Assembly: GCA_944363695.1 (NCBI GenBank)
Contig: CALVUW010000001.1
Coordinates: forward strand, 1 to 33,585
Direction of reading: 5' to 3'
From: an uncultured Bacilli bacterium
Lineage (GTDB): Bacteria; Bacillota_I; Bacilli_A; RF39; UBA660
DNA length: 33,585 nucleotides
The stretch's first letter is position 1. The number at the start of each line of letters is the position of its first letter. The position numbers and the translations under genes are program-made. The notes beneath the pieces are model-generated. The model was not told the origin of the DNA, ran no database searches, and worked only from the letters and a program-made list of their open reading frames with translations. Below are positions 1 through 9,227 of the stretch, piece by piece.

Positions 1-1171
1 TCGCATATTGATGACGATATTCTCCCTTAACTGGGAAATAATATTTAGGTTGCATAAGATTAATTAATAGGCTTAAATCTTCACGTGAAGCATGATGTAG
101 CAAATGCTTTTTACTAGATAGACTAATAGCATTGACACCCAACATAGCAATGTCATCCATAACCGTTGCAAAACGTTTTTCTACACCCGGATAAGACGGT
201 TCTGTAATGAAAATCGTATCGGTTGTTTTTAATTTAATATAACGATCATAGCCTTTAATAATTCTTTCTAAGTTAGCAAAAGGCTTTTCTTTCTCATCAG
301 AGATAAAGACAACGACATCTTTGTCATCCAAATTCGTTAAATCACCTATGACATGTTTATCAACGGTTAAATAGTGGTGATTAATTGCATAATGAATTGT
401 ATGCTGTAAACTCTTACCCATAATGACGATTTTTCGATGCGTTTTGCTAACTTCGTCAAAAATTTCTTGAATCCGATAGAAATGAGCCGGAAAAATAGTA
501 GCGATAATCCGATTTGGATTCTTTGCTAATACGTTACGAATAAAATCTTGCACACGATTATTAGGGCTAGTATAACCACTACGCTCTGCATACATAGACT
601 CACATAGCAAGCACAATACGCCTTGCTTGCCCACATAGGCTAATTTACCAATATCTGTTTTATAAATTCCAGTCATCGTATGATCAAAAGTAAAATCACC
701 CGTATATACAATCGCACCATCGGCTGTATATAATACATAACATAAAGCATCAGGAATAGAATGCGTCATCGCAATAGCGAACATACTTTCTTTACCAAAT
801 GCAACTTTAGTATGTGGTTTAATTTCTATTAGCTTACATTTTTCTTTTTGCTCTTCCGTCAAATCTAACTTTAATAATTCTAACGTCAACTTGGCACCAT
901 AGATAGGAACTTCTGGTAAACTTTTTAAAATATCTGGTACAGCTCCCATATTTCCCTCGTGTCCATGGGTTAGAAAGATACCTTTAATCTGTTTACGATG
1001 TTTTATTAAATAATCATAATTAGGAATAATATAATCAATTCCCAAATTCTTTTCATTATCATATTTTAATCCGGCATCAAAGACATAAATATTTTTATCG
1101 ACGGTTACAATATACATATTTTTTCCATTCTCGTTTAAACCGCCTAAACTAAAAATTTTAATTTTACTCAT
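1..1171 (-). CDS. rnj: Ribonuclease J, first ~390 codons (gene runs off the window start)
   Basis: Absent from the ORF track because it is open at the window edge. The minus-strand ATG at 1171..1169 follows an AAGGAG Shine-Dalgarno sequence. The translation MSKIKIFSLGGLNENGKNMYIVTVDKNIYVFDAGLKYD...IKGIFLTHGHEGNMGAVPDIL matches the metallo-beta-lactamase/beta-CASP RNase J of Bacillota. The same frame at the window edge reads ...LMQPKYYFPVKGEYRHQYA, which also fits. The metal motif reads HGHEGN, like RNase J2, rather than HGHEDH. Confidence 0.85.
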   Translation of the reverse strand, partial: MSKIKIFSLGGLNENGKNMYIVTVDKNIYVFDAGLKYDNEKNLGIDYIIPNYDYLIKHRKQIKGIFLTHGHEGNMGAVPDILKSLPEVPIYGAKLTLELLKLDLTEEQKEKCKLIEIKPHTKVAFGKESMFAIAMTHSIPDALCYVLYTADGAIVYTGDFTFDHTMTGIYKTDIGKLAYVGKQGVLCLLCESMYAERSGYTSPNNRVQDFIRNVLAKNPNRIIATIFPAHFYRIQEIFDEVSKTHRKIVIMGKSLQHTIHYAINHHYLTVDKHVIGDLTNLDDKDVVVFISDEKEKPFANLERIIKGYDRYIKLKTTDTIFITEPSYPGVEKRFATVMDDIAMLGVNAISLSSKKHLLHHASREDLSLLINLMQPKYYFPVKGEYRHQYA

Positions 1172-1215
1172 ATAAACTCCTTTCTTATCCCGTTGTAAAC
1201 GTCCTTCATTATACG

Positions 1216-1698
1216 CTATTTTTTCCGTTTTGGCAAGTAATAAGCCATTTGCTTCTGTAAACGTTTAGTATTATGATCCATTGTTTCTTGATAAAACTGC
1301 AAATGTAAATCTGTTCGCCGATTGGTTCCATCCAGCTGATATAAGTCAAAATGAAGGATTTTATCTAATAAAGTTACCCCATAGATTCCCTGATATACTA
1401 AGATGGTATCCAACAATGGTAAATCCGATAACAAAAAAGATAATAACTGACTATCTTTTGTCGCATTAATGAGATGGGTCACTTGTGATATTTGTTCTAG
1501 TAATATATCCACACTTTGATGATTGGTTACTAAGGGAGTTACATCACGATTAAAAAAAGGAGCTTCTACTACATCCGGAATTGTCTGTTGCAACAAACAT
1601 ATGCTTTTAACCAATGTAAAGCGATTATAACTAGCTACTTGTTGTTTTAATTCCACTTCGGTTGTTAACATTTCAAACTTTTGCTCCCAGTTTCCCAT
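1216..1698 (-). CDS. Hypothetical protein (160 aa) between rnc and rnj
   Basis: Complete ORF starting 10 nt after the rnc stop on the same strand, which suggests an operon. I recognised no motif. Confidence 0.5.
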   Translation of the reverse strand: MGNWEQKFEMLTTEVELKQQVASYNRFTLVKSICLLQQTIPDVVEAPFFNRDVTPLVTNHQSVDILLEQISQVTHLINATKDSQLLSFLLSDLPLLDTILVYQGIYGVTLLDKILHFDLYQLDGTNRRTDLHLQFYQETMDHNTKRLQKQMAYYLPKRKK

Positions 1699-1707
1699 AT
1701 TTACCTC

Positions 1708-2373
1708 TTAAGAAGCTAACTTTTCTAACGCATTTTTAGCAGCTACTTGTTCTGCTTCTTTCTTGCTGCTACCTTTGCCAACACCATAGATGATATCATC
1801 TATTTTCACTTGCATCGTAAACTGTTTGTCATGTGGTGGACCACTTTCTTCAATTAATTCATAATAAAGACTCTTTTGGCTAGTTTGTACAGCCTCTTGC
1901 AAAGCAGATTTATAATCTTCAAAAAAGCTGACACTAGGATTTTTAATATACGGTACAATAATATCAAGAATTACTCTTCTAGCCGTTGCATAGCCCAAAT
2001 CTAGATAAATGGCTCCCATTAACGCTTCAAAAATATCAGCGACAATAGCTTTTTTAAATTTACCACCCGAAGTTGCTTCGCCATGACCAACTTTTATATA
2101 TTGTGGTAGTCCTAATTGCATGGAATATTCATACAAAGCATTTTCACACACATAACTAGCTCTGACTTTCGTCATTTCACCTTCTGTTTCACTATAATTA
2201 TTATATAAATAATCAGCAACTGCTAAATCTACCACAGCATCTCCTAAAAATTCTAAACGCTCATAGTCTTTTTTAGCACGATGTTCATTAGCATAAGAAG
2301 AATGCGAAAAGGCAATTGTATATAACGTTTGATCTTTAGGATGAATATGCAAAGTAGCAAATAATTCTTTCAC
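1708..2373 (-). CDS. rnc: Ribonuclease III
   Basis: Carries the RNase III signature ERLEFLGDAVVDL. The C-terminal dsRBD-like tail reads GKGSSKKEAEQVAAKNALEKL. At 221 aa it has the typical length. Confidence 0.92.
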   Translation of the reverse strand: MKELFATLHIHPKDQTLYTIAFSHSSYANEHRAKKDYERLEFLGDAVVDLAVADYLYNNYSETEGEMTKVRASYVCENALYEYSMQLGLPQYIKVGHGEATSGGKFKKAIVADIFEALMGAIYLDLGYATARRVILDIIVPYIKNPSVSFFEDYKSALQEAVQTSQKSLYYELIEESGPPHDKQFTMQVKIDDIIYGVGKGSSKKEAEQVAAKNALEKLAS

Positions 2374-2391
2374 AATAGTTCCTTCTTTCTA

Positions 2392-2805
2392 TTAACGCAC
2401 TTTAGGATTTTCTTTTTCAAAATAAGATTGTAATACCACTTCAGAAAATTGCTCACCAATATTATCACCAGTTAAGCAAAAATCTTGATAATCATTATCA
2501 CGAAATTTTCTAATTTCTAGTAATCTTAAATCGTCCATTTCCATCTGTAAAACTTCTAAAGCATATAATTGATCATCAGAAATTTCTTTAGGCATAAAAC
2601 CTGCAGCTTGTGTTTGATTATACATATAAAATAAAGCATCTCCCATATCACGGGCAATTGCTATCCGATCAGAAGTAGGGTAATTTTTTTTCTTCTGATA
2701 ATCAACTAAACAATCTTGATGTCTATCTTCTATCAGGCGTTCATAACGATAAATTTCTCCCTCTTGATCAACCACTACTAAATTATAATCTGTTATCTTT
2801 TTCAT
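2392..2805 (-). CDS. Hypothetical acidic cytosolic protein (137 aa)
   Basis: Complete ORF co-directional with its neighbours. No recognisable motif. Confidence 0.45.
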   Translation of the reverse strand: MKKITDYNLVVVDQEGEIYRYERLIEDRHQDCLVDYQKKKNYPTSDRIAIARDMGDALFYMYNQTQAAGFMPKEISDDQLYALEVLQMEMDDLRLLEIRKFRDNDYQDFCLTGDNIGEQFSEVVLQSYFEKENPKVR

Positions 2806-2825
2806 TTTATCTTATCCCCCTATTA

Positions 2826-3455
2826 CTATTTAGCCGTTTCTTTGTTTTTCTTAGATCGCTTCCAATAAAAGATCACAATAGCTAGTATAACTAAAACAGC
2901 AAGTATCGCTACAATGATATGTGAGTATGTATCAAAAATATTAACAATATTCTCCCAATTCTCACCAACCAAAGATCCAACTAAAATCAATACAAAATTC
3001 CAAATAAGGGAACCAATTGTAGTATAAAGCAAAAACTTAGGAATTGGCATTTCACTCATACCAGCTGGTATAGAAATTAAGCTACGAATTAATGGTACAA
3101 ACCGACAGAAGAATACCGTTTTATTTCCTTTGGTGTCAAACCATTCATCCGCTTTATCAATATCACTGGTTTTAAGACGCAATATCTTTCCCAATTTACC
3201 AGATATTAGCTTTTTCAAACGCTCTTTATTGAATATTTTTCCAATGTAATATAAAGCAATCGCCCCAACGATAGAACCTGCTGTTGCGGCTAAAACCATG
3301 ACAACAATATTCAATTTAGTATAGGTCGTCATAAAACCACCAAATAATAGAATAACTTCTGATGGAATCGGTGGAAATATATTTTCAATGGCAATCATTA
3401 AGAAAACTCCTAAATAGCCATATTGATTCATAACTGATAAAACAAATTCTTGCAT
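2826..3455 (-). CDS. dedA: DedA/SNARE-associated family membrane protein
   Basis: The N-terminus GYLGVFLMIAIENIFPPIPSEVILLFGG is the typical DedA motif. The protein has multiple hydrophobic spans and is 209 aa long. Confidence 0.8.
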   Translation of the reverse strand: MQEFVLSVMNQYGYLGVFLMIAIENIFPPIPSEVILLFGGFMTTYTKLNIVVMVLAATAGSIVGAIALYYIGKIFNKERLKKLISGKLGKILRLKTSDIDKADEWFDTKGNKTVFFCRFVPLIRSLISIPAGMSEMPIPKFLLYTTIGSLIWNFVLILVGSLVGENWENIVNIFDTYSHIIVAILAVLVILAIVIFYWKRSKKNKETAK

Positions 3456-3602
3456 TGTAAACTCTCCTTTTTATAACCTAACAGTATTATATCCCAGAAG
3501 TTGGAAAATTCCTAGTATTTTTCACAAGACAAATGCTTTATTAACATCTAAATATGTCAGCTTATAGCCAAGCTGCATTAATTATTTATATTTTTTAACG
3601 TT

Positions 3603-5558
3603 TTACAAGTCACCTTTATAAAAGTATATTTTCAATGCATTATCTGAATATTTAGGTTTTGATACATCAATATCTAATACTTTTCCAATATAATATATTA
3701 TATATTGGGATGCAATCAATAAATCAAACTCTGCTAATAACCCGTCATACCTACTTTCAATAAGTATATTGTCATTACCCAAATATTTTAAAAGCTCACC
3801 TTCATATTTACTAGTAGATTTTTGCTTAAAATAAATCGAACATGTATTATTTAAATTTTCATAATTAATAAATCTTCCGTGGGAAAAATTCTTTTTTTCA
3901 TGAATAAGGCAATTAAATACCCCTGATTCAATAATTTTACTTTCTAAGTCATAACAAGCAGTATCACTAAAATCACCACGAAAAATATTAATTAAACCGT
4001 GTTCTTTTATTTTATTTATACTATCTTTATCCATCAAATTTTCTAGCCTATCGTTCCAATAATTTACAGATTCTTCAATAAAATCATTCAAATCAAAATT
4101 ATGATTCACGTTACTATAATAATATTTTAGAAAAATTGCAGCAGGAGCAACTGCTCCTTCAAATGATAAAAATCCCCTTTCTTTTCCTTTGTTAGATGCC
4201 GTTCTATAGCTTAATATATTTTTCTTTGGTATTCCAGTCTTTATTACAATATTTTGTAATTCACCCTTTGTAATAATATAAATATTTTTACAATCAAAGT
4301 TTTTAACACTATTTATAACGTCATTTGTTGTACCAGAATATGAAAATAAAATAACTTTATTAATAGTTTTATTATTTCTATACAAAACATCTCTAGGATA
4401 TATTGGATATGTATTACATCCCAATAATGAATTAATAATTTTTGATGCAAAATATGCACCAGCATACGAGCCTCCTGTCCCTATAAATAAGCAATTATCA
4501 TTTTCATTAAAATCTATATCATTAATCTTTTCACTTGCAGGAGAGTTTATTGCATTAATAATTCGTGTTTTTAAATTATTAATATTTATATTACAGCGTT
4601 TAATTTTTTTTCTTTCACTATACTCAAAGTTATTACAAGTGCAATCGTTATCTATTTGTTTTATTTTAAACAACGAAGACAGGTGACCTCTTGCTCCCAT
4701 TTTAGCAACAACCTTTGATGTAAGTTTATTAGAATTTTCATACCATTTTGAAAATAACTTAACATTATATTGAAAATTATTTTTTAAACAATCTCTAATG
4801 ATACTAGATATAAAAGCATCACCAGCTCCTGTGGAATCAACAACAGTACCTTTAATAATTAAATTAAAATTATATAATATGCCATCATATATAAATGTTG
4901 CCCCATTTTCGCCTCTAGTTATAGTCATAAATTTAGGATTTAAATAGTTATATAATTCTAAATCGTTTTCTAATTGTAATTTTTTTAATAAATATTTTGT
5001 TACACGCTCATTAAAATTAATAATTTCAAACTTATTTTTAATTTTTTTGATTATTTCGTTATTATTTAATTTTTCAAACTCAAAATATTGCCCTAAATCA
5101 ATAATTTTCTTATTTTTAGTTTCATCAATTATCATTTGATTTTTATCATTTAAATTATCAAAAACTAATATGTCATCATCTTTAATATGACTTATTATAT
5201 AACGACTATCAATTAAACTTTCATCATACCATTTTTTGTTATTACAAAAAGGGCATCTTTTTTTTGATGTGAATGACAATTGCCCTTCATTATCAAAATA
5301 TGAGACATGGAAACATCGTGTCCTTATGTCATCTAAAACCTTTATATTAGAGACATCAACCTTTAAATTTTCTAAACTTTTAATTGCCATTTTGCCTTGA
5401 ATGTCATTACCACAAACTGCAAAAACTGATGTAGCAATCCCCATCTTAGCAAGGTTGGCAATAATATTATGAGCAGTCATGCCACCATTAACGCCCAATA
5501 ACTTCCCGTTTTTATAATAATAATCTGTAACTAAATCACCAATACTTACTACTCTCAT
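3603..5558 (-). CDS. Fusion protein: N-terminal PfkB/ribokinase-family sugar kinase plus C-terminal SIS (sugar isomerase/deglycase-type) module, 651 aa
   Basis: PfkB signatures are NGGMTAHNIIANLAKMG near the N-terminus and VDSTGAGDAFISSI around residue 245. A CPFCNNKKW knuckle sits in the lid region. The C-terminal ~315 aa carries SIS motifs FIGTGGSYAGAYFASKI and VILFSYSGTTNDVI. That length fits a double-SIS fold like GlmS-C/FrlB/AgaS. Confidence 0.75.
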   Translation of the reverse strand: MRVVSIGDLVTDYYYKNGKLLGVNGGMTAHNIIANLAKMGIATSVFAVCGNDIQGKMAIKSLENLKVDVSNIKVLDDIRTRCFHVSYFDNEGQLSFTSKKRCPFCNNKKWYDESLIDSRYIISHIKDDDILVFDNLNDKNQMIIDETKNKKIIDLGQYFEFEKLNNNEIIKKIKNKFEIINFNERVTKYLLKKLQLENDLELYNYLNPKFMTITRGENGATFIYDGILYNFNLIIKGTVVDSTGAGDAFISSIIRDCLKNNFQYNVKLFSKWYENSNKLTSKVVAKMGARGHLSSLFKIKQIDNDCTCNNFEYSERKKIKRCNININNLKTRIINAINSPASEKINDIDFNENDNCLFIGTGGSYAGAYFASKIINSLLGCNTYPIYPRDVLYRNNKTINKVILFSYSGTTNDVINSVKNFDCKNIYIITKGELQNIVIKTGIPKKNILSYRTASNKGKERGFLSFEGAVAPAAIFLKYYYSNVNHNFDLNDFIEESVNYWNDRLENLMDKDSINKIKEHGLINIFRGDFSDTACYDLESKIIESGVFNCLIHEKKNFSHGRFINYENLNNTCSIYFKQKSTSKYEGELLKYLGNDNILIESRYDGLLAEFDLLIASQYIIYYIGKVLDIDVSKPKYSDNALKIYFYKGDL

Positions 5559-5559
5559 T

Positions 5560-6246
5560 TTAATAGTCTCCCTCTACATTTTTATCTAGCCATTCGTATA
5601 TGTATTTTTCTTTAAAAGCATGTGATGTCAAAAAATGATTATCATCTTTAATTATTTTTAATTCAATATTTTTAGCACCTAATTCTTTAAGTCTATTATA
5701 GCTATCAATACTTTCATTGACACTTACTACATCATCTTTATCACCGTGATAAATAAGAATTGGTTTATTTTTTATCAATTGTAAATTTTGTTCAATGGGA
5801 AGCATTATACCCCCGGCGACTGAGACTATTCCCTTAAAAAGTTTAGGGCGTTGAATCAGATAATTCCAAGCTCCATATGCGCCCATACTCGACCCTAAAA
5901 TAAATATATTATTTTTATCAAATTTATAATTTTCATACTCAATATTTATTATTTCTTCTATATCTCTTAAATGATAATCCCAAAAATTATACACATGACA
6001 CTGGGGAGCAATTACTATATATGGTATATCTAACTTATTCATGTATTTTGGTAATGCATATTTTTCTATATTATCCAAATTATTTCCGCGTTCACCAATT
6101 CCATGCAAAAATAATAAAACAGGCAGATTCTCCTTAACACTTTTTGGATAATAAATAAAATATTGAAACAAACTATTATCATTTATTCTAATACTTTTTC
6201 TTTCTTTTAACATAAGTCTTCCCCTCTTCATATAAAATTTCATCAA
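5560..6246 (-). CDS. Alpha/beta-hydrolase (esterase/S9-like serine hydrolase)
   Basis: Shows an LFLHGIGERG oxyanion region, the nucleophile elbow GSSMGAYGA, an acid in YHGDKDDVV and a His in KDDNHF. The real start is probably M12 (ATG 6213), which still overlaps the upstream gene by 26 nt. Confidence 0.7.
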   Translation of the reverse strand: MMKFYMKRGRLMLKERKSIRINDNSLFQYFIYYPKSVKENLPVLLFLHGIGERGNNLDNIEKYALPKYMNKLDIPYIVIAPQCHVYNFWDYHLRDIEEIINIEYENYKFDKNNIFILGSSMGAYGAWNYLIQRPKLFKGIVSVAGGIMLPIEQNLQLIKNKPILIYHGDKDDVVSVNESIDSYNRLKELGAKNIELKIIKDDNHFLTSHAFKEKYIYEWLDKNVEGDY

Positions 6247-6889
6247 TTTGAAGAATATTTTCTTGTAATGTATTTATTAATAGTCTTATATGATACCCAT
6301 CTTGAAAAGCATGATTAACCAATATTGAAAAATCAATCAAATATTTATCATTCATTTTATAATATTTCCCCCAACAAACCTTGGGCTTACTTGACTTTTC
6401 TAGATTATTCGATGCATCTTTAAAATTGTTAAACTTAATCCACGGCAAACAAGTTACTTGAATTTTATTCATATTATCCAAATTAGAAATTTTATAATAA
6501 TCAACACCATTTTCTGCATCATGTTTAGCATTATTAAATTCTTTCATAAATTTTAAGTAATCATTATCATATTTAATATATCTAGTAAAATTCAATTCAT
6601 GATTTTGTGTCAATACAGTAACTGTTGCAGCAATATCATCATATTTATACACATCATATTTCCCATTATCTTTCCCATATCCATATTTAAATGCATCTAT
6701 CTCATTCATCGACATTAATACCAAATATGTCATAGTGCCATAAAGCGATTGGTTGGCATTTTTTACCATGCAAACCAAATTAGTAATATCTAACGTAGTA
6801 GTAATGCCTGTATATGGATCATCAAAATCACAAAAAGTTTTATAAGCCTTTTTTCGAGACCAATCTGCTAAATTAACTTGTTTTTTCAT
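6188..6889 (-). CDS. Chloramphenicol-acetyltransferase (CAT) family acyltransferase
   Basis: Collinear with classical CAT. The N-terminus NLADWSRKKAYKTF parallels DVKNWVRREHFEFY. It also has LPWIKFNNF, and the catalytic-His block VNHAFQDGYHIRLLINTLQ parallels VHHAVCDGFHAARFINTLQ. Confidence 0.75.
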   Translation of the reverse strand: MKKQVNLADWSRKKAYKTFCDFDDPYTGITTTLDITNLVCMVKNANQSLYGTMTYLVLMSMNEIDAFKYGYGKDNGKYDVYKYDDIAATVTVLTQNHELNFTRYIKYDNDYLKFMKEFNNAKHDAENGVDYYKISNLDNMNKIQVTCLPWIKFNNFKDASNNLEKSSKPKVCWGKYYKMNDKYLIDFSILVNHAFQDGYHIRLLINTLQENILQIDEILYEEGKTYVKRKKKY

Positions 6890-7941
6890 AACACTAATTT
6901 CCTTTTATATTCTCCTACTTCACTATTTTCATTAAAATCATGATTTTTAACTAAGCACTCTACTATTTTTTTCCTATTTAAATCAAAAACTCCTAACGAA
7001 TCCACATAATCAATTTTACCAACACTATTTTTCCAATCATTATCTTTCCAACTATAAGGGCTGCTAAAACATAAGCCGTATATATAATCAAAGAATAAGT
7101 TATAATCAATCGCTGCTGATCTTTCTAAAAACATTTGCTCAACTCTATTTATACTCGGATACCTAACAATACATATATTTTCTACTTCGATATTATAATC
7201 ATATAGTGAATTAATTGCTAATTGTAACGTTTTGCCTGTTAAAACATTATCATCAAACAAATCAACACTAGCATTAGCTATTCCCCCAGATCCAATTAAT
7301 CCACCAAAATTATTAATATTAAATTTTCTTAAATCTATTAATTGTTTATTAGAATAGCCAGAGACTTCTTTATTAAATTTTAATAATAATGTTTTTCCCT
7401 CTTTGTTTTGATTAATTATTCTAGAAATAATTGGTAATTCAATTCCACCATAACTCAAACCGCAGTAATTCATAAGCTCGTTAGTATTATTACATTTTTC
7501 ATTATATAAAGATACTGCCACATAATTTTCGCCAAAATTATCTATTTCCCTATAAGCCCTATAGTCTTTTGAATAATCTTCTTTTTCTAAATCAATCAAC
7601 TCTCTTTTCAAATTACCGTCCAAAATATCTTTCGTATCTCTAATACTATTCATAATATCATGAACATTTATAATGTACTGGAATTCAAAACATATAAAGC
7701 TCATCACCTGCTCAACTTTTAAAAGACTTTTATAAATATCATAAAAATCATTATATGTATTTGATGATACATCAAGTAAGACGTTTTTATCAAAATAATT
7801 TGAAACTAATTTATGATTCATAATGATCAGCAAAACATTTCTACAGTTATCTAAAATTCCAAGCAATAATTTTTTGTTTGACTCATTATTTATATTTACC
7901 GTCGCTGCTACAGCATTTAATGAATCATCTAAGAACTCCAA
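6886..7941 (-). CDS. Phosphoribosyltransferase-like protein with an unassigned ~170-aa N-terminal helical domain
   Basis: The C-terminal half has a PRTase-type PRPP loop: a hydrophobic strand followed by VDLFDDNVLTGKTLQLAINSL. An earlier GLSYGGIELP segment is also present. The stop overlaps the CAT-family start through ATGA. Confidence 0.6.
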   Translation of the reverse strand: MEFLDDSLNAVAATVNINNESNKKLLLGILDNCRNVLLIIMNHKLVSNYFDKNVLLDVSSNTYNDFYDIYKSLLKVEQVMSFICFEFQYIINVHDIMNSIRDTKDILDGNLKRELIDLEKEDYSKDYRAYREIDNFGENYVAVSLYNEKCNNTNELMNYCGLSYGGIELPIISRIINQNKEGKTLLLKFNKEVSGYSNKQLIDLRKFNINNFGGLIGSGGIANASVDLFDDNVLTGKTLQLAINSLYDYNIEVENICIVRYPSINRVEQMFLERSAAIDYNLFFDYIYGLCFSSPYSWKDNDWKNSVGKIDYVDSLGVFDLNRKKIVECLVKNHDFNENSEVGEYKRKLVL

Positions 7942-7953
7942 ATAATTTTTGTG

Positions 7954-9225
7954 CTAATTTATTACATCAGTTTTTGAAGTAACATCTTTACCTTCAACAC
8001 TTATCCTATTTGAAAGAAAATAATAATAAGTATTAGATCCCCTTAAAAGATAATTATTATCATCTCTGACTGAATATTTTAAATGGCCATTATTAGTCGA
8101 TGACCATAATTCCTTTAACGGTTCATCTTTTAATAGTTCCCATTCATACATAGGAATTTTAACACTTCCGCTAAACTTATCAAATAAGCTTTCAATACCA
8201 TTAATATCATTAAAATTATTATTAATCATAACATTATATTTACTTAACAGTTTATTCCTACCCAGTACTATATCCTTTTCTACACCTGCAAAATTATGTG
8301 TGTACGCTTTTTTATCGGCGCTTTCTAAACATACTGTCGGTAATATTTTTGCTTTCTTTATCAAATGTAGAGTAGCTTCTATTCCTCTTAAAATATTTCC
8401 ATCATCATCATAAATTGGAAAACATGAATTAACATCGCCACTTATTTTATCTACACTATAACCTTGATTACAATTGAGCATAGTATAATCATTCCCTCGA
8501 ACATCACCACAATCTCCTATTCTAATCATAGAATTTTGTGGAACCCCTATTATCTTCTCGGCTCTTTCAATCGCTTGACCTTTTGTCGCTGTGCCAATTT
8601 GAATGACTGATTTATCTTTATAGATTCCTCTTGTTAAATGAATATTCTCATATTCACTTTCTTTGATGAATTTTGTAATATTATCAAACATAAAATTAAT
8701 AATATCCTCATTATTGGTATTAAATACCATTCTAATATTTATAATAGTATTATTCTTTAAATCTTTAGAATAAGTTACATTAAAGTAGTTTGAATATTGT
8801 GAGTTCGTACTAAATTTAAGAATCATATCATTAATATTTAATAATTGATTTAATTCTTCGGTAGTTGAAATATAGATGTTTTCTTTTAGAAAATCTTCTT
8901 TAGAAACACTATCACTATAAAATAGTCTAGCCCCGTCATTAGCTAATACATAAACTCTTTGTAAGTCTGCCTCAAGAATACCATCATCGTTTTTCAGTTT
9001 ATCATATATATTTTCTTTCAAATCATTCAAGCCGGTCTCTCCGCGACCAGTTATAAACACAATGGGTATTTTTTTCTTTAATAAATTTCCTATCATCGAT
9101 ATAGCTCTATCATCAATCACTTTTGAATTTTCTTCCGTTAAAGTACCATCAATATCAAAACAAACTGCATAATATTTCTGCTCTAAAGATTTTTTATAAT
9201 TCTCAAACATCAACCTACTATTCAT
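7954..9225 (-). CDS. HAD-superfamily phosphatase (Cof/IIB-like) with a ~130-aa C-terminal extension
   Basis: Motif I is AVCFDIDGTLT, motif II is VFITGRG, and motif IV is GDCGDVRGNDYTML. Confidence 0.7.
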   Translation of the reverse strand: MNSRLMFENYKKSLEQKYYAVCFDIDGTLTEENSKVIDDRAISMIGNLLKKKIPIVFITGRGETGLNDLKENIYDKLKNDDGILEADLQRVYVLANDGARLFYSDSVSKEDFLKENIYISTTEELNQLLNINDMILKFSTNSQYSNYFNVTYSKDLKNNTIINIRMVFNTNNEDIINFMFDNITKFIKESEYENIHLTRGIYKDKSVIQIGTATKGQAIERAEKIIGVPQNSMIRIGDCGDVRGNDYTMLNCNQGYSVDKISGDVNSCFPIYDDDGNILRGIEATLHLIKKAKILPTVCLESADKKAYTHNFAGVEKDIVLGRNKLLSKYNVMINNNFNDINGIESLFDKFSGSVKIPMYEWELLKDEPLKELWSSTNNGHLKYSVRDDNNYLLRGSNTYYYFLSNRISVEGKDVTSKTDVIN

Positions 9226-9227
9226 AT

